Shown here piece by piece: positions 27,401 through 37,882 of a DNA stretch of 64,000 nucleotides. The stretch covers positions 7,378,001-7,442,000 of the forward strand of contig JBHGNT010000007.1 of NCBI GenBank assembly GCA_043228905.1. Reading direction: 5' to 3'. The position numbers were made by a program, and so were the translations under genes. Within the stretch, counting starts at the first letter, position 1. The number at the start of each line of letters is the position of its first letter. The stretch comes from Azolla caroliniana (taxonomy: Eukaryota > Plantae > Polypodiophyta). The notes under the pieces were generated by a model, which did not search any database, was not told where the DNA came from, and was given only the letters and a program-made list of their open reading frames with translations.

Positions 27401-28082
27401 GCTTGCTTCACCTTTGGAAACAACTCAAGGACGAGATCCCATGGTTTAAGAGAAAAGCTAAAACAAGAAAAATAGAAATAAAGGTCAGCAGGGAAAGATC
27501 TGAGGGCACTTCCTAGAGAAGATATCAATTTATCAAATCAAAAGGAAAAACGTATTTTCAGTCACAATATTTTCCTGCAAAGTACAGTATAATTAACTCA
27601 AGGGATATGTCTCACAACAAAAGTATCACCTGTTACCTAAATTATTAGAACTACAACATCAAGGATTCAACAAGAAAAGACAGGGAAGCCAGCAATCCCC
27701 AGAAATACCTAGTTTCCAACTGAAACAGGATGGGTAATGGTATTTTCCTTCAATGCATAATGATAACTCCTGATAAACACGTAACTTTCAACGGAGATCT
27801 CCTAATAAGGAACTCAAAAGGCTTGACAGGTCTTACCTCAGGTGCGATTCGAGCTTCAAGGGCAGGGTGAGCACCAACAGGCGCATCTGAGGAACTAGAT
27901 CCTGATGCCGCGACAGTTTTCTGAGACTCCTTTTGAAGCTTCTTCCAAGAAACAAATGTGGTTTCTCCTGGCTTCAACTCCACATAGAAACGCTCCCGAG
28001 AACATGGTAACATAGCTGTGGAATCTACTGATGATGTTGATGCCTGCGTGAGGCAGGGGAGGTTCGCTTTCTCTACCATCAT
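21491..28082 (-). CDS. UBN1: Ubinuclein (UBN1/2-like HIRA histone H3.3 chaperone subunit), 13 coding exons, 817 aa
   Basis: Exons 28082-27837, 27201-27121, 27040-26954, 26872-26796, 26137-25624, 25526-25427, 25043-24943, 24863-24780, 23856-23731, 22813-22688, 22607-22560, 22487-22386, 22252-21491. All introns are GT-AG and the 2454 nt total is in frame. Motifs: FYVELKPGETTFVSWKKL, NRFNAMIEKIERLY, HRD YDTRDSFIDDSEL..YF..HDGFYVNRG, middle domain KLYAELAELWPDGWMDN. Confidence 0.93.
22860..23571. repeat. Intronic tandem repeats in UBN (three degenerate copies of a 150-200 bp unit, plus two 59-bp copies)
   Basis: atgctcatgt..attag.ttaaacctattaatacattaaatagccaag occurs 3 times; ccagaattgttacattctaaagtagctcc occurs twice. 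Confidence 0.85.
24592..24786. repeat. Three copies of an approximately 65-bp unit abutting a UBN splice donor
   Basis: caagcaccaaacacatatgg…ctgttaaatttc…cattaggacacacctt repeated. Confidence 0.85.
26505..26840. repeat. Three copies of an approximately 112-bp unit containing the 3' end of UBN exon 4 and its donor
   Basis: agcacatttg…tatcaagg…cacagta(c)ttactcttgttc…ccctattca repeated. Confidence 0.85.
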
Positions 28083-29400
28083 TTCCCTTTAATCATGACT
28101 TCATTCTTCTCCATAATGCTTTCTTCAAATTCATACCAAAACTGTTCTTCTTCCTACTCACCGGAATACAAGTCCATTGTTTCACAATGGAAGGCAAAAC
28201 TTTACTAAACAATCATACAAAACCCTTCTCTTTCACAATACCTTTTTAAGGCTGTCTTCTTTCACAACAAGACCTTCAAAAAAGGTCCCTTTCTTCATAA
28301 CACAGAAGATATATTTTCTTCTTAACAACAAGACCTTCGGAAAACCTATTCTTCTTCTTCTTCTTCACAGTTACGAAAGACTTCCGAATGAACTATTTAT
28401 TCTTCTTCTTCTTCTTTATCAAGATCTGAATTCTAGTAATGTTGCTGAAAAAAGCAAAACCGCTTCTCTTCAATTTCCTCCATCAGGTAATACCACTTGA
28501 GAGATATTGAATCTCCTGCGACGAGGAAACCGTTTTTTTTGTTTTGGAGAGGGGGAGGAGATCACCAGACAGGTAAAAAGACAAATTTGCCCAAAAGAAA
28601 ATTTAAAAGGAAAAGTGAAAAACAAAGTGTGTAAATACAAATAGAGCTTAACTTGATTTGATAAGTTAAAAAAAAACCTTACGGAGCAGAGGCGAACCCA
28701 CGAGCAGAAGAGCCACCAAAAAGATCAAATTCTTCTTCTCCTCCTCCTCTCTCTCTCTCACTCTCTAGAACCAGATTCTTCTGTCTGTGAGCGCTCTGTC
28801 TCTGTCTCTGTCTCTTTCTCTAGAGCCAGACTCCTCTGCGAGAGCTCTCTCTCTCTCTCCCAATCAATGAATCAAGCAATCAATGGCAAGAATATTCTCC
28901 CTTCTTTGCAACAGTCTTGCCTCCTGTCTCCTGGCTGTGTCTCTTTTCTCGTTCAAACAATCTTCCTCCTTCGTCTATGGCTTCGTCTTCCTGTCTCTGG
29001 ATTTCTGCAGGAAATAAATAAAACGGACGCCTCAAAGGGATATGAGACCGCGATGGTCGCCCAACAAAGCAAGGGCCATCCACGTGCGTGGAAAACGAAC
29101 ACACAGAGATTCACACAGAGAGAGTGAGAGAGAAACAGAGAAACAGAGAGACAGAGACAGACAGACAGAGAGAGAGAGAGAGTATGATGGGCAGGCAGGC
29201 AGCCCAAATGAGCACCAAATGGGCATCAAATGGGCAACCACACCTCTCTCTCTCTCCACCCATTTTGGGGAAGGGGGGGGGGGGCCTAATAAGACATGCT
29301 AATTTTGGGCAGGCATCCACTTCCTCGTCCGCCCCATACCACCGCCTTCACCTTTTGGCCTTCCCGGAGGCCAGTGGGTGGGTCTCGGGGCAGGCATCCA
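28083..29400 (-). promoter_or_regulatory. Probable UBN 5' UTR (with intron) and proximal promoter
   Basis: GTAAGG donor at about 28682 and a candidate acceptor at about 28516; (CT)n tracts on the sense strand; GC-richer TGGGC/GCCCA motifs at 29187-29310. The TSS is not determinable. Confidence 0.5.
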
Positions 29401-30286
29401 TCCCGGACCCCATCTACGTCCCCTGACATCTGACATCGTACGTACGTACGTACGCTACGCCTGGTGTCTGAATCTATTCAGATTCTTCGAACACTTTCTG
29501 GTATCGTATTCTAGTCTGTCGACATTGCCCTCTCTCTCTCTCTCTCTAACAAGATCCCGTATTTCTGTTTCGAGAAAGCCTAGAAGTTTTCATACATCAT
29601 AGATTTGTTGCCCTTGTTACTATGTGTGTACCGTAATCGCAAATTCGAGGCATAACATCACACATTGCTTTTGCACGGAATGTCTTGCTTGCTTTCGTGT
29701 GTGACAATAGACTGCATTACCTTGCGATCTCTAGTTCTAACATCATGTTGTGATGATTGAAAAGAGGACGTCATTGATTAAGCTTTGAAGGGCAATGATC
29801 TATCCATATGCTCGAAGAATGACCCTTAAGGTTGTGCTTCTACGTTTTAAAGTTCAACAAGAAGATACTCTTTTGGCCTAAAATCATAAGCTCAACAAGA
29901 AGAGAATGTGTTTGTTCTCGCTCAAACTATCAATATCTATGAGATTGTTCGTTTGAGGACATTGACTATGTCTAGATGCATCTTTTGTTACACCTGTGTC
30001 ATAAATTCCAAATTGCACTTTTCACTCCTTGGGACATTGTCGATTGATTCGTTTTAAACATTGCTTGCATGTTAATATTCACCATGTGTGTCCATAGTTG
30101 AGCCCTCGAACATTTGCTTCTCAACTTTGATGCATCCCACAATCTTCAACAATACTCCTTAGTAAATTATATTAATGCATCCAACCATCTTCAACATCTT
30201 ACCCACTTGAGATCTTGTTTCTATCACAAAATAGAACAAGGAGTAAAAGAGCCAAAAGAAATACAAGGTGAATCCTTGTCAGCTAA

Positions 30287-33228
30287 TGTAAAGAATCGAG
30301 AGTGATTTTGTGCAGTGGAAGGTGTGTGTGTGTGTGTGTGTGTGTAAGAGATAGAACATAGAGTTATATAGAAAACCATATTATGGCTTTGATTGTGGAT
30401 AACCGGCTCATACTACTCCGTTCAGCTTTGTGCTCCTGGCCCATTCCTTACTCTATACTCCCCCTCAAGCTCGGTTGGTTGGTAGTCGAGAGACCTAGGT
30501 TCGTCATGAACTGCCGCAACTTGTCAACTTCCAGGGCCTTTGTGTAGATGTTGATCATTTGCAGATTCATGTTGATGTGTTGCAGCTCGACATCTCCGGC
30601 CAGGACATGTTCTCAGATGAAGTGATAGTACACCTAAATTTGCTTGGTCCAAGCGTGAGAAACTGGGTTTCGAGCTAGATGAATGTTGCTCATGTTGTCA
30701 TAGTAAAGGAGAATTGAATCTGTGATGGGAACGTCCAGATACTTCAGGATTCGTTTAAGCCAAATAGCTTCACATGCGGCAACTGTCATGCCCCTGTATT
30801 TAGCCTCTATGCTCGACAGTGCTATTGTCAATTTCTTCTTACTACTCCAAGATATGGCTTCACTCTTGAGGGAGAAGACGAAGCCCGATGTGGATCGTTT
30901 GTCGGCTTTGTAGCTGGCCCAATCGGCACCAATGTACTCTTTGAGACGAATCGGTGTCGCCGCGTCGTATTGGATGCCGCAACCCATTGTACTACTTACA
31001 TAACGTAACACTTCCTTAGCATAGTCTAGGTGAATGTTCTGTGGTGTCTACATAAACTAGCTAAGGAGGCCGACCGGATAACTGAGGTTGGGTCGAGTAA
31101 TGGTGAGGTAGATTAGGCTTCTAACTAGCTGACGATAGAAAGTCAGCTCACACTCTTGTGTGCCAGAATCAACTTCTAGCTTTCGATTTTAATCGAGAGG
31201 GGTAGCTACGGGCTTACACCTTGTCATCCCAAACTTGTAAAGAAGATTGAGGATATAGTGTCGTTGGGAGATCAGGATACCGGTAGTAGTCTGAATTACT
31301 TCTATACCTAGAAAGTAATGTAGCTCCTTCATGTCTTTCATTTCGAATCGGTCGAAGAGTAGCTCTTAGATCTATGTTCAATATCTGCCTAATGCTCGCC
31401 TCCAATGATCAAGTCATCCACATATATTATGATAAATACCTGTCCTTTGGAGTCACTCCGGATGAATAGAGAATTGTCAGACTTGGACATTTTAAGGATG
31501 ATTCGGTAAAGATATCGTGTTATCTTCGAATGTCAGGCTTTAGGTGCCTGCTTGAGGCCGTACAGAGGTTTTTTGAGTCAACAGACAACAGTCGGATGTG
31601 TACGCCACTTGAATATGGGAGGTTGTACCATGTACAAGTCCTCTTCTAACTCACCTTGAAGAAAGGCATCCTTGACATCCATTTGGTGGAGCTGCCACCA
31701 TTTGGCTGCAGTCAACGCTATCACAGTCTGTATGGTTGTCGTCTTTGCCACCGGGGCAAAGGTCTCTTCATAATCGACCTTGTGTGTCTGTGCATACCCT
31801 TTCGCCACAAGACGAGCCTTATACCGATTGACGGTACCTTCGACATTGTGCTTCACCTTGAATATCCATCGGCACCTGTTTGTCTTTTGGTGGGGTGAAG
31901 AGGGGACCAAATCCCATGTCTTGTTTTTGGAGAGTGATTGCATCTCCTCATTCATCACTTCGACCCATCACAGGTCCTTAGCGGTGTTGGAAAAGTTTTC
32001 CGGTTCTCGAATTATTGCCACCTTCATCATAAAGGCATAATGATAGGCCATGTAGTTGTTGTAGCCGAATCGGTGACCACATTCTTCTCTTGGGTGGACC
32101 ATCGAAGTTGTTCACATGTTTTTGTGAACACTTCCTTGGCCCTTGGTGTCCTCATGATAGGCACATCCAATCCATCATACTCATTGTCGAGTGAGGGAGT
32201 CGATTTGTTTCCATCGATGTCTTCGTAGTCAGGCATTTTGGCATTTCCTTTGTCCATCTTTGGACTCGGCCAAAATGTGCTTTGGTCGCTTGGAGGCTCT
32301 TGAGGTTCGCTCAATTTGGTTGAGACCAGACTCTCTTCATGTATTGACCTTAATTGATCATTGTCCTCTGTGTCGTCAAGGTCGACAGGAAATGGTTCGG
32401 GAGGAGTCGCTCAAGTTCGTACCATGATGCGGACTCGTCAAAGACTACATCTCGACTTACGCGAACCTTCTGAGTAGAGGGGTTGAAACATTTGTATCCC
32501 GTTTGCTCCAACGAGGATACACTTTTCCGATTTGTAATCGAGCTTTTGCCGCTTTTCATCAAGAATGTGCACAAATGCGATAGAGTCGAATACCCTGACG
32601 TGGGATAAGTCAGGCGTCCTTCCATAGAACTTCTTGTGGGGGGTAATATCGTGCAGTCTAGATGTTGTGCAACGATTCATTAGATAGACGGTTGTGTTTG
32701 CCGCTTCAGCCCAATATGATTTCGGCAGATATTTCTCATTCATCATTGCCCTTGTCACCTCGAGTATATGTCAGTTCTTTCGTTCAGCTACTCCGTTCTA
32801 TTGAGGTGTGTGTCGGCATGTGAACTCCCGCCGAATTCCTTCTTGTCAAAGGTATGTTGTGAAGGCATCGAAGAAATACTCCTTGCCGCCATTTGATGAA
32901 GGCATCGAGCATGCCGACTGGTTGCTTTTTTTTACTTCATTTTTGAATTTTTGGAAGCACGAGAACACTTCACTGTTCTGTCGCGTTTTGGCCTCTCGGA
33001 TGTAGCCGAGCATGTGATCATGAATGCATGATGTGAGGCAATACAACACGCGACTCGTTGCTTCCTCACAAGATGGGTGGTCGGCATGTGATTGGTCGGG
33101 TTGATTTTCTTGTGCTACCTCGATACAACCCCAATAGTCTTGGCCAACAAGGTATTGGTGCATTTTGTATTCCCAATATGCAGAATTGTTTCTGTCGAGT
33201 TTCTCGGTGGCAAGACCACTTCCCATCT
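30287..33228 (-). mobile_element. Decayed Copia element G (3' LTR 30287-30457 plus internal region); its other LTR begins at 37319 and continues after 48906
   Basis: gag MGSGLATEKLDRNN…, integrase, RT KARLVAKGY, RNase H ADWA; PPT 30458-30466. TAAAGAATCGAGAGTGATT..GTGCAGT..(GT)nAAGAGA recurs at 37319-37370 and 48907-48967. Confidence 0.85.
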
Positions 33229-33339
33229 AAATATTCATGTTGATCAATTTGTTTTCAAATCCCCTCTCATCCATCCCCACCACTCCCCTTCTCTCTTCTT
33301 TCATCTTCCCTTATATAAGCCTCTCACATTTTTGTATAT

Positions 33340-33392
33340 GGTCTTTAGCACTGATGAGCTCATATAGAGCGAAACATGTTTGCCAAAAGACC
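33340..33392 (+). ncRNA. Minimal type I hammerhead ribozyme
   Basis: Stem I GGUCUUUAGCA/UGCCAAAAGACC; core CUGAUGA; stem II GCUC-auaua-GAGC; GAAAC; palindromic stem III ACAUGU; predicted cleavage after GUU (33380). Confidence 0.85.
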
Positions 33393-33414
33393 TTTTCTTA
33401 CATAAATTGAAATT

Positions 33415-33459
<45 letters not shown>

Positions 33460-35495
33460 TCCCCTACTATTCTCTTTTATACTATTCTTTAGGTACCATA
33501 TTATTTAACCTAACTATTCAACCGCCGAAGGTTATACGCTCACACTCCTTGCTTAGGCCATACGGCCAACAACTACTAAAGATTCGACATATCACATGGA
33601 GGTTCATTCACTTGAGATAGGAACCCACAATGGATCTGCATCGACAAGGTTCAGGCAACCATCTAGTGAAGAGTTCCCTCAACCCACGGTAATGACGTCT
33701 GGCATCGGCTACACCGATCCCTATCAAGCGTAATAGTGCGAATAAAAGACCACAAAAGCGTGCTCGAGATTATATTCTCTCTCCCTCACTCATCAACTCC
33801 ACTCATGATACTAAGGTTTCCAATACTAAGGTATCATCTTCTAATACATCATTTTGCTGGAAATACTTAGAAGAATATAAAACTAGAGTATTCGCCGAAT
33901 TTAAACAACTCTTCAAATGAAAGAAACAAGCCAAAAATACCCATAGTAGGATGTTGAACTTATACTCTCATGAATTAACCCCTAATAGTCTTAGAATTCA
34001 TCCCCCCAAGCTAAAGATAGATCATGAAGAAATTAACAATAGCATGCATAAGGACTTTCTAACCCTCACTAATCAATATAATAAAAATCTAACAAGTACT
34101 TATATTAAACATCTAGACTTACTAGTGCACTCCTATACTAAAACCCTAGATAATTTCCCTAATACCATTAGATCATATCTACATAACTTTGCTAACATCC
34201 TTCAAGAACCCCAACATTTTGAGGATGTGTCATCATATATTGAGCCTGCTAATTTCAAGAAACGATTAATACATTAGTACAAGATTTCGGCTCTGAAATC
34301 CTAAAAATGTGTGACGATTTTGCATTAAATCACAACATTGATAATACACTTAAGAGAACAGCCACGGAACTTAGAGATAAAACAAGAGCACAAAATAGAT
34401 ATGAAAACCCTAATATTAGAGATATAGACATTACAATGTATGAAGAGGAAGAAGAAAATGATAATGAAATGTTTTATGACAGTCCCTCGTACATTGCTCC
34501 CGTAGAAGCTGAGATAAATAACATTAAAAATTCTGTCCCCCCTACTATTAACCTAAATAAAAATTCTAATCACACACCCACACCCACACCCACACCCAAA
34601 AAGAATCTAAACTTTACCCTAAACCGTAATCCAGAACCTAAGTCTAACCCAAACACTAACTTTTAATTCCAAAAATACCACTAACCCTTTTCCTAACTCT
34701 CACCCTAACCCAAACCACCGCTCCAATAATAACGCCAAACAAGCGCAACGTCCTCGTCATCGAGCATCTAACCTCCTTTTCACTTGCAACACTGCAACTA
34801 ATGAGGTTAAACAAGCATTTAAACCTTATCCCAACCCTGGCGGGCCTCAAGTTCTTTTCCATAACCCACACTTTGCCAATAATGAACTGCACCATTCTCA
34901 CTCACCACATGCTTTCGCAACAATAGGCCTCAGTCATCTCCCCGCTCATACAAGTCCTCCGCTCCTAACACCGTCCCCGAGCTCCATCCACGATACTATT
35001 GTCAGCTGCACCTGCCAAACATTTCAAGGCAACAATTTCGACACTCTGTTTCGAATCAAAGCCGCCAACAAAATTTCCCGCCGCCACCGCCGCCCCTTCT
35101 CCGTCGTACACATGGTACGCCCTACGATAATTGGACATCACATAAACGTGATCCACCACACAATACTCAACAACATGCTGTGGTTGATCGCGACGTCTTT
35201 CATCAATCATCCCCCCCCTATTGTAAACGAGTATGGGACTGTGTTGGACAACCATCTCGTGCACCCTTCCCCCTCCCTACATGGCGCGTTGTTTGGGACT
35301 ACACAAGGCAGCCAATAGACATTCGCGCCGCCCCTCCTTCCAACCCCTCATCCATGCTCACAACAACCTCACCTCTCACGTTTTCAGAATCCTATTTACT
35401 CCCCCTACCACACACCATAAGAACCCACCTTCTAGCCGACCAAAAAACGACTATCACGACGTGCTAAGCGTGTTAACAAACACTTTAGACACGTT

Positions 35496-37160
35496 GTGCA
35501 TCCTTGTAGACGCCTATTTTATCTTCTTAATAGGACCACCTCCACCCTAGACACTTTTATGTGGCTAGGTAATACAAATACATCTTTCCCCTTCCGCCCA
35601 CGCCATAAAAAATCCAATAGTAATAGACTACGAAAAAAGTTTTGGAAACCGCTTAATGCTACCCTTCGAATAGAAAGTAAAATTCACAATTTATCTAAAC
35701 ACCCCCTCACAAATAATGAAACACAATTGCTAAGCTTAGGACTCAAATACATTCCACCATCCTCTCTACCTTCCACTAATACTATTGTTAAAGAATTTGC
35801 TAGTTTAAGTAGATCTTTACGTTTAAAACATTTCTTTAGAGACATGGACTCACCCCCCTTTAATCCATTTAAACTACCAAATCCTAACTGGAATCCACCA
35901 TCTCAATATCCCCCTCTTGAAAATATTATTAAAAAACATGAAACCCTCCTTTTGTCTAAACTCCAACAACCTAAACCCAAACCCGTTAGGCCACCATTTC
36001 ACCTTCACACAACCCTTAAGAGCCTTAGGAAAAACAACCAAATTATCGTTCTTCCGGTTGATAAGAACATGGGAGCGTGTGTCCTAGACAAAGATACCTA
36101 TTATGAAAAAGCTATAAACCACCTCTCGGATACCACCACCTATAGAAAAGTAACCCATTTCCCATTAGAAGAACTCTTATATCACCTAAATAGTATAGTG
36201 CAAAAAAATCTAGGAACACTTTCCTTTATCGAAGCTAATTACATACTCCATAAACTCGTAAAGGGTTATCAAGTATCTAATATTTACTTTCTCCCTAAAC
36301 TCCATAAAACACCCATTAGCTTTAGACCCATCTGTTCTTATAATAACTCGATATTCGAGCAAACCTTGAAATGGCTACATTTTCAACTTTTACCCATCAT
36401 AGTACTCCAAAAACAATACCTAAAAGACTCACACTCACTCATCCAGAAACTAGAACAACTAACCCCCCCTCCTAACAGTTTCATCTTCTCTTTTGATGTA
36501 GAATCCCTTTATCCTAGCATCCACCCTAAGTTAGGACTCGAAGCACTTTGCCATATCATCTCCCCCCATTTTTCCTTAGCCAAGACTAATCTTATCTATA
36601 CCCTTAGCGCTCTAACCCTAGAGTATCTCTACCTTACCTTCGATAATCAAGTATACCAACAAATCAAAGGAACAACCATGGGTAGCAACTTCTCAATTGT
36701 CTATGCATGCCTTTTCTTATCACACTTAGAAAACTCACAAACCACACCCCATCTCTTGTATTTTACTAGGTACATAGATGATGCATTCAGGGTTTGGACA
36801 AGTACGAAACCCCAACTCTTAGACAACCTCAGTTTTTATAGCCTTATGACCAATAACTATATTAAACTTACGATCCATACGTTCCCCACTAGGTTCCCTT
36901 TCTTGGATATTTGGATCAATCTAGAGAACTCTAAGTTCTCTTTCAATTGTTTCCAAAAACCATTAAATTCCTATTAATATCTTCCCTTCTCTTCAGACCA
37001 TCCCATACATGTCAAACAAATTTTTATTTCGAACGAATTAAAACGCTACCTAGTTAGAGAAAGCACACACCTATAGGGTACCTAGAAATGAAAAAACGTT
37101 TCTTCCTTAGACTCATTAGCCGAGGTTACCCACCAAATTTCATCCTTAAAAGCCTTTAAA
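35496..37160 (+). pseudogene. Penelope-type reverse transcriptase, disrupted in the thumb
   Basis: NLSKHPLT..E..LLSLGLKYIP, DKNMG, YFLPKLHK..FRPI, YLKDS, FDVESLYPSI, GTTMGS, RYIDD, PFLDI; after the stop at 36977, YLPFSSDHP and RGYP. A decayed low-complexity N-terminal frame extends back to about 33.7 kb. Confidence 0.9.
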
Positions 37161-37813
37161 AAACATCCTTTCTCCCTTAGGAATACGCTCATCCATAAGC
37201 ATAAAAACAAATCTTCCCTTACACTATTCTTTAGGTACCATACTATTTAACCTAACTATTCAACCATCGAAGGTTATACGCTCGCACTCCTTGCTTAGGC
37301 CATATGGCCAACAACTACTAAAGAATCGAGAGTGATTCTGTGCAGTAGAGGGTGTGTATATGTGTCTGTGTGTCATGAACACATGACCATTATGGCGTCA
37401 CCCGGACTTGAACCTCGAACCTTGTAATCCATACTTGAAAACCTCAACCATTAAGATAGCTTATTGTTATATGAAACAATAAAAGCTACTTCTTGTATTA
37501 CATTGATTATTGTAAAAAATCTAGATTATTCTAGAATGTTCTAGAATGTCCTAGAGCATTCTAGGTCTAGAACATTCTAGAAATCTCTAAGCTATTCTAT
37601 AGGAACCTATAAATAAGGGCATACATGTATTCTCAAATCAATTCGAATCAACACCAGTCTTTAGCTCTCATTACATATCTTGTATCCATTCTCTTTCTTT
37701 CTCTATCTTATACATCCATTCTTCTCTTAGTATTTGATTCCATTCTTCTCATTTTCTCTAATATCCTTCTTCCATCACTCTATCTTTTATCCTTGGTTCT
37801 GACAGTTTGATTC

Positions 37814-37857
<44 letters not shown>

Positions 37858-37882
37858 CCTCCTTTGTAACCATCCTGAAACC

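Larger units (their letters stand above)
33229..37324 (+). mobile_element. Penelope-like retroelement (PLE) with pseudo-LTR
   Basis: PLE-type RT; terminal direct repeat 33481-33582 vs 37223-37324; hammerhead ribozyme in the 5' repeat region; no poly(A), TSD or TG..CA ends. Confidence 0.88.

Noticed and set aside
29437-29458. (CGTA)n run as a cluster of ACGT/G-box elements
   Set aside because: Indistinguishable from a simple microsatellite.
34570-34715. CCCTAA/CCCTAAA-like units as telomeric repeats attached to the PLE
   Set aside because: Irregular and in frame with Pro/Asn/Thr codons; better explained as low-complexity coding sequence.
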